NCBI GenBank assembly: GCA_002269645.1
Contig: NIVC01000702.1
Location: 405,284-469,283 of the forward strand
DNA: 64,000 nucleotides
Source of the DNA: Macrostomum lignano
Taxonomy: Eukaryota
Reading direction: 5' to 3'
This document shows positions 14,805 through 29,000 of this stretch, in pieces; positions within the stretch are counted from its first letter, which is position 1; each line of letters begins with the position of its first letter. Both the position numbers and the translations under genes were made by a program. A model generated the notes under the pieces. It saw only the letters and a program-made list of their open reading frames with translations, did not search any database and had not been told where the DNA came from.

Positions 14805-16730
14805 GGAGATTAGATGCGACTTCTCAATGAGATTAGACACAACTTGAAATGAGATTAGACACGACTCTAAATGAGATTAGACACGACTCTAAATGGGATT
14901 AGACACGACTCTAAATGAGATTAGACACGACTCTAAATGAGATTAGACACGATTCTAAATGAGGAGATTAGACACGACTCTAAATGAGGAGATTAGACAC
15001 GACTCTAAATGAGATTAGACACGACTCTAAATGAGATTAGACACGACTCTAAATGAGATTAGACACGACTCTAAATGAGATTAGACACGACTCTAAATGA
15101 GATTAGACACGACTCTAAATGAGATTAGACACGACTCTAAATGAGATTAGACACGACTCTAAATGAGATTAGACACGACTCTCAATGAGGAGATCAGACA
15201 CGACTCTAAATGAGATTAGACACGACTCTAAATGGGATTAGACACGACTCTAAATGAGATTAGACACGATTCTAAATGAGGAGATTAGACACGACTCTAA
15301 ATGAGATTAGACACGACTCTAAATGAGATTAGACACGACTCTAAATGAGGAGATTAGACACAACTCTAAATGAGGAGATAAGACACGACTCTAAATGAGA
15401 TTAGACGATTCTAAATGATGAGATTAGACACGACTCTAAATGAGGAGATTAGACACGACTCTCAATGAGGAGATCAGACACGACTCTAAATGAGATTAGA
15501 CACGACTCTAAATGAGATTAGACACGACTCTAAATGGGATTAGACACGACTCTAAATGAGATTAGACACGACTCTAAATGAGATTAGACACGACTCTAAA
15601 TGAGATTAGACACGATTCTAAATGAGGAGATTAGACACGACTCTAAATGAGGAGATTAGACACGACTCTAAATGAGGAGATTAGACACGACTCTCAATGA
15701 GGAGATCAGACACGACTCTAAATGAGATTAGACACGACTCTAAATGAGATTAGACACGACTCTAAATGGGATTAGACACGACTCTAAATGAGATTAGACA
15801 CGACTCTAAATGAGATTAGACACGACTCTAAATGAGATTAGACACGATTCTAAATGAGGAGATTAGACACGACTCTAAATGAGGAGATTAGACACGACTC
15901 TAAATGAGATTAGACACGACTCTAAATGAGATTAGACACGATTCTAAATGAGGAGATTAGACACGACTCTAAATGAGGAGATTAGACACGACTCTAAATG
16001 AGATTAGACACGACTCTCAATGAGGAGATCAGACACGACTCTAAATGAGATTAGACACGACTCTAAATGAGATTAGACACGACTCTAAATGGGATTAGAC
16101 ACGACTCTAAATGAGATTAGACACGACTCTAAATGAGATTAGACACGACTCTAAATGAGATTAGACACGATTCTAAATGAGGAGATTAGACACGACTCTA
16201 AATGAGGAGATTAGACACGACTCTAAATGAGATTAGACACGACTCTAAATGAGATTAGACACGACTCTAAATGAGGAGATTAGACACAACTCTAAATGAG
16301 GAGATCAGACACGACTCTAAATGAGATTAGACACGACTCTAAATGAGGAGATTAGACACGATTCTAAATGAGGAGATTAGACACGACTCTCAATGAGGAG
16401 ATCAGAAACGACTCTAAATAAGGAGATTAGACACTATTCTAAATGAGATTAGACACGACTCTAAATGAGATTAGACACGACTCTAAATGAGATTAGACAC
16501 GATTCTAAATAAGGAGATTAGACACTATTCTAAATGAGATTAGACACGACTCTAAATGAGATTAGACACGACTCTAAATAAGGAGATTAGACACTATTCT
16601 AAATGAGATTAGACACGACTCTAAATGAGATTAGACACGACTCTAAATGAGATTAGACACGACTCTAAATGAGGAGATCATACACGAATCTAAATGAGAT
16701 TAGACACGACTCTAAATGAGGAGATTAGAG
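14805..16730. repeat. 22/25-bp minisatellite AATGA(GGA)GATTAGACACGACTCTA
   Basis: Long homogeneous array ending ~130 bp before the Helitron. Confidence 0.95.
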
Positions 16731-16859
16731 GGGGATCAGGCACGGGTGTATAAGGGACCTTAGGGTACATTCCGACTCTTTATAAGTACATCTAAGTTGA
16801 ACTTTATAGCAACCAGAACCATTATTCTTGTAGTTATTGTCCTTTAAGATCGCTAATAA

Positions 16860-18953
16860 TCCCATATACTAAAAATGAGTTGTCTGTATCTATCTATCTA
16901 GCTATGCGATAGATTTTAGAAAAAACGGCTCAACCGATTTTCTTCAAACTTGCACCATTTAATCAAAAATTTTCCTGGGACGGTACATGCATCTTGGCTA
17001 AGAAATTGCTCAATATTAAAGGGATTAAATATTCGAAAAACATGCTTTTTTGCAAAGGTCAAGCAGCTCTTTCGACCTGAAATGCATTGTAAGAATGCTA
17101 GAGAAAAAACTGACTGACTGAATTCCACTTGTGATAAGGATTACATCACAACCAGTGCCGAAGAAATGCACACAAGACTTGATTAAAATTGCGTAACCAT
17201 ATTGCTAACTTAAATTGAGACTGATACTGGCTGACTGAGAAATTGATTATGTCATAACTTTTTACTCTTACCGATTTGCTATAAGAATTTAATTATAAGT
17301 GCCACAATTCATGTTCTCCAATTGATAAGAGATAGCATAGATGCGAACAGACTGGACTGCTGATGCAGCGACCTGGGTTCAAAAAGATTTTTTTATTTAA
17401 AAACCTTAAAAACACAAAATGCTAAACACAAAAAATGCACAATGTCAAACATTAAAGAGCCACCATGTCGAACATTAAAGAGCCACCATGTCGAACATTA
17501 AAGAGCCACCATGTCGAACATTAAAGAGCCACCATGAAAAACATTAAAGAGCCACCATGAAAAACATTAAAGAGCCACCATGTCAAATATTAAAGAGCCA
17601 CTATTTCAAACATTAAAGAGCCACCATGAAGAACATTAAAGAGCCACAATGTCGAACATTGAAAAGCCACCCCGTCAAACATAAAAGAGCCACCATGTCA
17701 AGCATAAAAGAGCCACCATGTCGAACATAAAAGAGCCACCATGTCACATATGAAAAAGCCACCATGTCGAACATTAAAGAGCCACCATGTCAAACATTTA
17801 TGAGCCACAATGTCAAACATTAAAGAGCCACCATGTCAAATATTAAAGAGCCACCATTTCAAACATTAAAGAGCCATCATTACAGACATTAAGGTGCCCC
17901 AGGTCAAACATAAAAGGACCAACATGTCAAACATTAAAGAGCCACCATGTCAAGCATAAAAGGACCACCATGTCGAACATTAAAGAGCCACCATGTCAAA
18001 AATTAAACAGTTACCGTGTTTAACATTAAAGAGCCACCATGTCGAACATTAAAGAGGCACCATGTCGAAAATTAAAGAGCCACCATGTCAAACATTATAG
18101 AGCCACCATGTCAAACATTTAAGAGCCACCATGTCAAACATAAAAGAGCCATCATGTCAAACATTAAAGAGCCACCATGTCAAACATAAAAGAGCCAACA
18201 TGTCAAACATTAAAGAGCCACAATGTGAAACATTAAAGAGTCACCATGTCAAGTATATTCGTGACTCCATGTCAAACATCAGAGAGCCATCATGCCAAAC
18301 ATTAAAGAGCCACCATGTTGAAAATAAAAAGCCACCATTTAGAACATTAAAGAGCCACCATGTAGAACATAAAAGAGCCACCATGTCAAACATTAAAGAG
18401 CCACCATGTCAAACATTAAAGAGCCACCATGTAGAACATAAAAGAGCCACCATGTCAAACATAAAAGAGCCACGATGTCAAACATAAAAGAGCCACGATG
18501 TCAAACTTAAAAGATACACAATTTCAAACGTAAAAGTAAGCGTCATGCCAATTTTAAAGGAGTCACTATAGAGCTAAGGAAATTGTTGCACTAGCTACTT
18601 ATTGTCTGGTGGATGCTTACTATTTGGGGATGCTTGCTATCTGGGGGGATGCTTGCTATCCGGGAGGGGGATGCTTCCTATCTGGTGGATGCTAGCTATC
18701 TGGGGGACGCTTGCTATTTGGGGGATGCTTGCTATCTGGGGGATGCTTGCTATCTGGGGGATACTTGCTATCTGGGGGATGCTTGCAATCTGGGGGATGC
18801 TTGCTGTCTTGGGATGATTTCTTTTTGCATTACACTTTATTTGAGCAGTTTGTCTGCTGTCTTTGTGAAGGCTTTATTTGGCTGTCTTTTTGTTACTTGT
18901 GGAGAACAGAGATTCTATCCAGATGTCCCCCAACGGGGGGCGAAGATTGCTAG
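16860..18953 (+). mobile_element. Non-autonomous Helitron, copy 1
   Basis: Starts A|TCCCATATACTAAAAATG. Ends with hairpin CCCCCAACGGGGGG about 10 nt before CTAG (18950-18953). No Rep/helicase coding capacity. Confidence 0.85.
17440..18500. repeat. 23-bp satellite AAAGAGCCACCATGTCAAACATT inside Helitron copy 1
   Basis: Direct reading. Confidence 0.93.
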
Positions 18954-19549
18954 TCCTATATACTAAAAATGAGTTGTCTGTCGGTATGCGATAGATTTCA
19001 GAAAAATTGGCTCAACCGATTTTCTTCAAACTTGCACCATTTGATCAGAAATTTTCCTGGCACGGTACATGCATCCTGGCTAAGAAATTGCTCAATGTTA
19101 AAGGGATTAAATATTCGATAAACATGCTTTTTTGCAAAGGTCAAGCCAAATTTTCGACTTGAAATGCATTGTAAGAATGCTAGAGAAAAAACTGACTGAC
19201 TGAATTCCGATTGTGCTAAAGATTGCATCACAACAAGTTGAAAACAGTGCCGAAGAAATGCACACACGACTTGATTGAAATTGCGTAACCATATTGCTAA
19301 CTTAAATTGAGACTGATACTGGCTGACTGAGAAATTGATTATGTCATAACTTTTTACTCCAATTGACTTGCTGTAAGAATTGAATTATAAGGGCCACAAT
19401 TCATGTTCTCCAATTGAAAAGAGATAGCCCTGATGCGAACAGACTGGAATGCTAATGTAGCGACCTGGGTTCGAATCTCAGTAGTGCAAAAAGATTTTTT
19501 TTATTAAAACACCTTAAAAACACAACAAAACTGCTAAACATCAAAGAAG

Positions 19550-22275
19550 CGCAATGTCAAACATAGAAGAGCCAACATATCGAACATAAAAGAGTTACCA
19601 TGTCAAACATAAAAGAGCTACCATGTCGAACATTAAAGAGCTACCATGTCGAACATTAAAGAGCCACCATGTCAAACATAAAAGAGCCACCATGTCAAAC
19701 ATAAAACAGCCACCATTTCGAACATTAAAGAGCCACCATTTCAAACATTAAAGAGCCACCATTTTGAACATTAAAGAGCCACTATGTCAAACAATTAAGA
19801 GCCACCATGTCAAACATAAAAGAGCCACTTTGTCGAACATTAAAGAGCCACCATGTCAAACATAAAAGAGCCAACATGTCAGACATTAAAAAGCCTCCGT
19901 ATCAAACATAAAAGAGTTACCATGTAGAACAAAAAAGATCCACCATGTCGAACATAAAAGAGCCACTATGTCAAACATAAAGAGCCACCATGTCAAACAT
20001 TTGGAGCCACCATGTCAAACATATATGTGACTTTATGTCAAATATTAAAGAGCCACCATGTGAAACATTAAAGAGCCACCATGTCAAACATTTAAGAGCC
20101 ACCATGTCGAACATAAAAGAGCCACAATGTCAAACATTAAAGAGCCACCATTTCAAACCTAAAGGAGCCACCATGTCGAACATTAAAGAGCCACCATGTC
20201 GAACATAAAAGAGCCACCATATCAAACATAAAAGAGTTACCATGTCAAACATTAAAGAGCCACCATGTCAAACATAAAAGAGACAACATGTCAGACATTA
20301 AAAAGCCACCGTATCAAACATAAAAGAGTTACCATGTAGAACATTAAAGAGCCACCATTTCAAACCTAAAAGAGCCACCATGTCAAACATTAAAGAGCCA
20401 CCATGTCGAACATTCAAAAGCCACCATGTCAAACATTAAAGAGCCACCATGTTGAACATAAAAGAGCCACCATATCAAACATAAAAGAGTTACCATGTCA
20501 AACATTAAAGAGCCACCATATCGAACATTAAAGAGCAGCCATGTCAAACATTAAAGAGCCACATTGTCAAGCATTAAACACCCACCATTTCAAATCTAAA
20601 AGAGCCACCATGTCAAACATTAAAAAGCCACCATGTCAAATATTAAAGAGCCACCATTTCAAACCTAAAAGAGCCACCATGTCAAACATTAAGAAGCCAC
20701 CATGTCAAACATTAAAGAGCCACCATTTCAAACCTAAAGGAGCCACCATGTCGAACATACAAGAGCCACCATGTCAAACATTAAAGAGCCACCGTTTCAA
20801 ACCTAAAAGAGCCACCATGTCGAACATTAAAAAGCCACCATGTCAAACATTAAAGAGCCACAATGTCAAACATTAAAGAGCCAAAATTTCAAACCTAAAG
20901 GAACCACCATGTCGAACATTAAAGAGCCACCATGTGAAACATAAAAGAGCCACCATGTCGAACATAAAACAGACACCATTAAGAACATTAAAGAGCCACC
21001 ATGTCGAACATTAAAGAGCCACCATGTCGAACATTAAAGAGCCACCATGTCAAACATAAAACAGCCACCATTTCGAAAATTAAGGAGCCACCATTTCGAA
21101 AATTAAGGAGCCACCATGTCGAACATTAAAGAGCCACCTTGTCAAATATTAAAGAGCCACAATGTCAAACATTAAAGAGCCACCATTTCAAACCTAAAGG
21201 AGCCACCATGTCGAACATTAAAGAGCCACCATGTCGAACATAAAAGAGCCACCATGTCGAACATAAAACAGACACCATTAAGAACATTAAAGAGCCACCA
21301 TGTCGAACATTAAAGAGCCACCATGTCGAACATTAAAGAGCCACCATGTCAAACATAAAAGAGCCACCATTTCGAAAATTAAGGAGCCACCATTTCGAAA
21401 ATTAAAGAGCCACAATGTTAAACATTTAAGAGCCACCATTTCAAACCTAAAGGAGCCACTATGTCAAACATAAAAGAGCCACCATATCGAACATAAAAGA
21501 GTCACCATGTTAAAAATTAAAGAGCCACCATGTCGAACATTAAAGAGCCACCATTAAGAACATTAAAGAGCCACCATGTCAAACATTAAAAAGCCACCAT
21601 GTCGAACATTAAAGAGCCACCTTATCAAACATTAAAGAGCCACCATGTCGAACATTAAAGTGCCACCATATCAAACATAAAAGAGTTACCATGTTAAAAA
21701 TTAAAGAGCCACCATGTCGAACAATAAAGAGCCACCATGTCAAACATAAAACAGACACCATTAAGAACATTAAAGAGCCACCATGTCGAACATTAAAGAG
21801 CCACCATGTCGAACATAAAAGAGCCACCATTTCGAAAATTAAGGAGCCACCATTTCAAACCTAAAAGAGCCACCATGTCGAACATTAAAAAGCCACCATG
21901 TCGAACATTAAAGAGCCACCATGTCGAACATTAAAAAGCCAACATGTCGAACATTAAAAAGCCAACATGTCAAACATAAAAGAGCCACCATGTCAAACCT
22001 AAAAAAGCCACCATGTCAAACATAGAAGAGCCACTATGTCAAACATAAAAAAGCCACCATGTCAAACATAGAAGAGCCACTATGTCAAACATAAAAGAGC
22101 CACCATGTCAAACATAAAAGAGCCACCATGTCAAACATAAAAGAGCCACCATGTCAAACATAAAAGAGCCACCATGTCAAACATAAAAGAGCCACCATGT
22201 CAAACATAGAAGAGCCACCATGTCAAACATAGAAGAGCCACTATGTCAAACATAAAAGAGCCACCATATCAAACA
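19550..22275. repeat. 23-bp satellite AAAGAGCCACCATGTCAAACATT inside Helitron copy 2
   Basis: Direct reading; about 2.5 times longer than in copy 1. Confidence 0.93.
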
Positions 22276-22374
22276 TTCAAGATATACAATTTCAAATGTA
22301 AAGGTATAAAGCGCCATGCCAATTTAAAGGAGCCACTATAAAGCTAAGGAAATTGTCGCTCTAGCTACTTATTG

Positions 22375-22880
22375 TCTGGTGGATGGTTGCTATTTGGGGA
22401 TGCTATCTATCTGGGGATGCTTGCTATTTGGAGGATGCTTGCTTTCTGGGGATGCTTGCTATCTGGGCGATGCTTGCAATTTGGGGGATGCTTGCTATCT
22501 GAGGGATGCTTGCTATCTGGTGGATGCTTGCTATCTGAGGGATGCTTGCTATCTGAGTGATGCTTGCTATCTGGGGATGCTTGCTATCTGGTGGATGCTT
22601 GCTATCTGAGGGATGCTTGCTATCTGAGTGATGCTTGCTATCTGGGGGATGCTTGCTATCTGAGGGATGCTTGCTATCTGGGGAATGTTTGCTATCTGGG
22701 GAATGCTTGCTATCTGGGGAATGCTTGCTATCTGGGGGATGTTTGCTATCTGGGGGATGCTTGCTATCTGGGGGATGCTTGCTATCTGGGGGATGCTTGC
22801 TATCTGGGGGATGCTTGCTATTTGAGGGATGCTTGCTATCTGGGGAATGCTTGCTATCTGGGGGATGCTTGTGATCTTGG
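22375..22880. repeat. ~20-bp array GATGCTTGCTATCTGGGG inside Helitron copy 2 (shorter equivalent at 18600-18815 in copy 1)
   Basis: Direct reading. Confidence 0.9.
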
Positions 22881-23339
22881 GAAGATTTCTTATTGCAATT
22901 CACTTCATTTGAGCAGTTTGTCTGTTGTCTTTGTGAAGGATTTTTTGGCTGTCTTTTTGTTACTTGTAGAGAACAGAGATTCTATCCAGATGTCCCCCAT
23001 CGGGGGGCGAAGATTGCTAGTTAGGTTCTATAAATCAGATTGTAAACTGATAAAAAAGCATCAACAGACATCTCCAATCTCCAATGGCCATTAATTCTCA
23101 AAAGTGTAGGTAATAAGAAATGACCTTATATATAAAAAACTCTCACTAGTGGAAAAATAATAGGTTGTTCTGCACCGATGCCTCAGTGACAAGTGCAATT
23201 TGTTTCAATAGGAATGCTTCTATTGTTAATTAGCTCGATGGACAGATAAATCCTCTTTCAAATCCCTCGAGGTGCAACTCAAATCACTTTGCTGTCAGAT
23301 TTATATCAGATATAATGTATCTCAGTATCACTGCTCTAA

Positions 23340-23960
23340 TCTCCATCTTCTTCCTTATCTCACCCAGTCCCTCTCACCCTCTCCCTCATCTCACCATCTC
23401 CCTTATTTCGCCCACTCATCTCCGTCTCTCTTATCTCACCCACTCCCTCTCACCGTCTTTCTCATCTCACCGTCTCTCTTATTTCACCCACTCCCTCTCA
23501 CCGTCTTTCTCATCTCACCGTCTCTCTTATCTCACCCAGTCCCTCTCACCCTCTCCCTCATCTCACCATCTCCCTTATTTCGCCCACTCATCTCCGTCTC
23601 TCTTATCTCACCCACTCCCTCTCACCGTCTTTCTCATCTCACCGTCTCTCTTATCTCACCCACTCCCTCTCACCGTCTTTCTCATCTCACCGTCTCTCTT
23701 ATCTCACCCACTCCCTCTCACCGTCTTTCTCATCTCACCGTCTCTCTTATTTCACCCACTCCCTCTCACCGTCTTTCTCATCTCACCGTCTCCCTTATTT
23801 CACCCACTCCCTCTCACCGTCTTTCTCATCTCACCCTTTCCCTTTTTCACCCACTCCCTCTCACTGTCTCTCTCTCATCTCGCCCACTCCCTCATCTCAT
23901 TCTCTCATCTCACCCTCTTCCTTACACTACCTCCCCCTCTCCCACTTCTCTCTCCTCAAC
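23340..23960. repeat. CT-rich array, 48-bp unit built from three ~16-bp subunits (..ATCTCACC..)
   Basis: Direct reading. Confidence 0.85.
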
Positions 23961-25334
23961 CACCATATTCTTACCCTATTCTGACACAGACACTCTTCTC
24001 CCGCTTCTCTTAGACTCCCTCCTTACTTCTCACTCTCAATTATAAATGTTCTATTTTGTTCTATAAACAATAAATAAAACACTGTTAATTCATTCAGCTA
24101 TGGCGCTTGCTTCAAGACAAATGCGGATGCATCTATGAAGTTATTATTATTATTTTCACACCACTCCTTGCTTGCCCAGTCAAGGTCACGAACACTGAGA
24201 TGTTAGCTTAACACATTAGGCGCTTTCATAAATAAATTGTTTTAACTTGAAATAACCTATATGCCATTTTCTTCTACAGAGGAATAATTTACACAATTTT
24301 TTTCCTGAGATAACTTGCATGCATTTTCGTGATACCCGCAGTCCTTAAACTTTGTACCAATGCATATAGCTCGTACCAGCATGCAGCATTCGCCAAGGTG
24401 ACTGTGACTGACTGCAGACAAGTGACGCACTTATTGCAGAAACATATTTTGCCCTGCCTAGTGCATACCATCTATATAGTTCCAGGCTAAAGTTTCAAAA
24501 AATTCCAGGTAATATATATTAGGGAGAGCGCTTGTGGTGTCACTCACCCTTTGCCCGCAGTAGCAGGGGAACAAGACAAGTCACATACAGTAAGCAATTG
24601 TACAGGGCCAAGATCAATGGTCGGCAACTCGAAGTAGAGCTCTCTTCTCTGATCTCTTCTCTCATCTTCGTGAAACAGCGGTAAAAAACGTTTGTCAACC
24701 TTCCGGTCTAGACTAATTAGATGACGAGGTAGCTTAGCTTGAAACTACAACTATATTTACTCCCGCCCTTTACCTCAAAAAAGCTAAATTTTGATGTCTG
24801 ATCTGTTTTGAAAAATTTCTAAACAAAAAAACTGGTTCCGCTCCCCCAGCACCAGCGCTTTCATTTGCGACTTCTCTCGCATCATCGCTTGCTAAAAAAT
24901 ATAAATAACTAAATCTCCCCACTCATCGAGGCGGGATCCCTCCTTTACAACTGGGATTGTTCTAACAGACTGGATTCTACTGATTCAATCTAGCTCAAAT
25001 GCAGACTCAATTCAAGCATTTGGGAAAATACAGTACCTGCTGGAAACAAAGCATGATTTTGAAGCCATTGTAGCATTAAAAATTGAATGATTAACTCTAA
25101 ATATAGTATTTATAATCAATATACAACCTCTAGAATCTGATTCAGATTTCTTGCAGTGCCTGACTGCTCACTCACCTCACATTCCTGGTATCCGGAATCG
25201 TAATGCTTCATTCGTCATCCTGTGGCAACCGTTAACAGCCTCATTTTATTAACTTACTCTAAATCTCAGTTAGATTGTATGCATTGAATACCTTCGTATC
25301 TGTATCTCTATGTACGAGCGAGCTACCTATTTTT

Positions 25335-26070
25335 TAATCCTCACCTCACCAACCATCCCCTCCCCATTCTTACATGTATCTCACCCTCCCCGATCCTTAT
25401 CTCACCCTCGTCCCTCTCCCATCCTTCTCTACCTCCCCATCCATATCTCACCCTCTAACATCCTTATCTCACCCTCCCCCATCCTTATCTCACCCTCGTC
25501 CCTCTCCCATCCTTCTCTACCTCCCCATCCATATCTCACCCTCTAACATACTTATCTCACCCTCCCCCATCCTTATCTCACCCTCCCCCATCCTTATCTC
25601 ACCCTCCCCCATCCTTATCTCACCCTCCCCCATCCTTATCTCACCCCCACTCACACTCTCCCCATCCTTATCTCACCCCCACTCACACTCTCCCCATCCT
25701 TATCTCACCCCCACTCACACTCTCCCCATCCTTATCTCTCCCCCACTCACACTCTCCCCATCCTTATCTCTCCCCCACTCACTCTCCCCATCCTTATCTC
25801 TCCCCAACTCACACTCTCCCCATCCTTATCTCACCCCCACTCACACTCTCCCCATCCTTATCTCACCCCCACTCACACTCTCCCCATCCTTATCTCTCCC
25901 TCCCCATCCTTGTCACCGTCCCTCTCCCTAGCCTAATCTCACCTTTACCCATCCTAATCTCACCTTTACCCATCCTAATCTCACCCTCCCCATCCTTATC
26001 TCACCCTAGGCCTACCTATCATTAACTCACCCCACTCACCCTCTCCCCATCCTTATCTCACCCTCCTTCA
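25335..26070. repeat. ~20-bp C-rich array CCCCATCCTTATCTCACCCT
   Basis: Direct reading. Confidence 0.9.
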
Positions 26071-29000
26071 TCCGTACAATCACGCCCTAAATTTTAAGGG
26101 CCTAAAATCAAGAGTTTCAGGTCGCACTCCTTTCTTATTCCTTAATCCCCATTTATCGACAACAATTTTAAAAGCTTAATTGAGTTAAAAGCCTTGACAG
26201 CAGCTCAAATATCCAAGAAGAGTCAACCATTTTATAACTAACGACTAATTAACAAGCAATTATTACAACGCCCAGCTACGATAATTTCGCAATGGTCAGT
26301 CAGTCATTTCCCAGTCGTTGAGGTTGAGGATTAACGGAATTTCAAGTCTCAAGTTTCCAACAGAACAGGCACAACACACAGTGAGAGGTGAGACACGGTA
26401 TTTGAGACATGGATTTGATTAATTTCCTGCCTCAGAACACTATGATTAGTTCTACATAATGCTGATTTTCAGTTGTTGTAATCTGAAATCGTACGAATTA
26501 ACAGTCATTTTTTATATTAACTTCCACTTCGATGACTTCATGCTTTGATTTGATCTGTTTTAAATTAAATATAGAAATGCTGGCTACTCTATCTACACTT
26601 CTAAAAATACGCAGAATGGAGAAAGTTTGGTATGATTCAAAATATAACAAATAAAGCTTATTCCCTTTCACTTACCTTTTTAAATAATAGTAATCCTCCT
26701 GACCTCCTGTCGTCTGTCGAAAGGAATGGGGCTAAATACGAGGTATTTTCAATCAATGTTTAGGAAACTTCTTGTAGTTTTAATCAAATCTACACTTGAC
26801 ACTTGGTCGTTCGCATTAGCTGTTAATATGTTATCTATCCTTGACTTGACCTTATCCTATCCTTCCTTCCTTGGGTCTATAGCTGAACTAATTTTCTATA
26901 TCAACTAAACATCCCAAGTAAGGCCTATATAAGGCCTAGAGGAGGACGAGTTCAGTGGTGTACATTCAGAGTGGGGTTACCACTAGATTCTAAAATGGGT
27001 CCCGGCCCGCTCCACCAATAAGCAGCGTTCTTGTCCGTCAACCCCTGCGAACAGCACCCCCCGCGCACACACACCAAACCGACCGGACCATTTCCCGCGA
27101 TTTCCATTAAGGCCCTTCAAACCCTAGCGCCCTGCCTAATTTAAAGTTTACGCCTTATCATCTTATCTTGACCGTTCATCTATCTCATCTAGGCATCTTG
27201 TCTAGTCTAGAGCACTGTACACCCACCCTGTTGTTCCTCTAGAGGCCGGAGGAACCGAAGAGCAATAACAAGAACAGTTGAATACACAGATAAGATAAGA
27301 GAAGCTCTTATTTTTATTGTTAACTGTAAAAAAACTGCGATTAAATTCTAAAGCTTGTTAAAAACTCCTTAATCAGTAGTTTTAGCTGAGACAATTTTGT
27401 CCACAAGCTAAGCCCATTTAAAAATTTATTTCAGAGCCAGAGTAACTCGTTTCCGTCGTTATAAGCTCATTTAGTTGGTACACTCTTAAGTCCCAAATAA
27501 CAAAATAGCTCACCATCCAATAATTAGAGTAATTAAGAAAATTTTCTAAACCAACTAATTACGTATAACGTAGTTGAATTTTTAAAGAAAGAAATGAAGC
27601 AAGGTTAGATTTATAATCATAGTTAGATTTTTATTGCTCAATCTTTAACCTACTGTATAGACTGCAGATGTATAGACTATATAACAACTTATACAGCTCA
27701 CTATTTAATCTTGGAGTCTGACCGTGAGAAACATTTAATTCCAAGTTAAAGCTACACTAGACTACAGTACCTGATTTTTTTCATGTGTTTTAAGCACGCG
27801 AAATTACTCAAAATACAGTAAGTTTGAGGACCCAGTCTAGCTACTTTTAAGTAGTGCAATAGTAAAATAGTAGAGAAAATCTATTCGATGCTTAGTGATT
27901 TTTTGTTAGTTTTTCACAATCGATAATATCACACTGTTTGGGAATCACCATTCCCGGAATAAGGCCTAAATCCCGGGATCGACCATCGGAATCCCAATCC
28001 CGCTTTGCAATAATTCAATCATTTATTCATGAATAGTAGTATCTGCAGCTGAGATACTTGTCAGGTGAAAATCTTAACCCAGTTGTCCTTAGTTAGATTT
28101 TTTATCATTTAGGCATGTAGTAGGCTAGTGAGTAGAAGGCTATAGGTCTGCAGGGATACAAAACTTAATGTCAATCTCACACTTGTCTGTCACTCAATTC
28201 CTTTCACTGATCGCACACTATTAATAATCTGACACAAAACTATAACGGATAAATCCGTAGTGTTTAATAACATTTAAATATATTTGACAGATACAATTAA
28301 AGCACGTTTCCACGAAAACACGTGCATGAACTGGACGCGAGTAAAACACAATTTTACATTCTGGAAGATAAAGCCTTAGGGTGGGTGTACACAGCTGAAC
28401 ATAAAAAACTCCAAAAAACCAACGAAACACGTTTATATAATAAAAATTTTAACAAAAGAGAAAAATTTATATACAGAAAATGAAACGAAAAATTCGCTTG
28501 ACTTCCGAATCACTTTGTACATGTAGAAAAGGAATTTTTCGCAACTTTTTAGAGACTTTGCTTGCTTTAATTAATAAATAAAAAGTGATTTATTATTTAA
28601 AACAAATAAAACTGTTATTGAACGATATTACTATGTATGCACGAAATAAATTTGTAAAAATGCATGACAATATAGATTAGAAATTATGTAGTTTTTACAG
28701 TACAAACAATATTAAAACGAGTAAACTTGGGATGTAGATAACAATTAATAGTTAAAAAATTATGGTAAACACATAAACATATTGTAGTGCATTCGATTGC
28801 AGCAGGGAAAGAATTGTTTAGAGAAAAACAAAATAAAAGAAAGTTTTCCTTAATGAATATTTGCAATTATTTTGCACTATTTTGCATTTTACACTTATCT
28901 AAATATTGAACTGAACCAGACAATGAGGAGCTTTAATTTGTTTTAGTGCGTAAACATTAAAGGCGTATGTAAACAAACAATTTAAATTCGTGTCAAATAA

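Larger units (their letters stand above)
18954..23020 (+). mobile_element. Non-autonomous Helitron, copy 2 (head-to-tail with copy 1)
   Basis: Starts TCCTATATACTAAAAATG directly after the copy-1 CTAG. Ends with hairpin CCCCCATCGGGGGG and CTAG|T at 23017-23021. Same module order as copy 1. Confidence 0.85.

Noticed and set aside
24289-24665. Two short Cys/hydrophobic ORFs with a GTGAGT donor at ~24547 (minus)
   Set aside because: Splicing puts them out of frame and gives an immediate stop; at best a non-coding exon.
26935-27310. GC-richer island with a hairpin (GTTCCTC..GAGGAAC), possibly a retroelement end
   Set aside because: No LTR termini, poly(A) tail, ribozyme core or second copy in the window.
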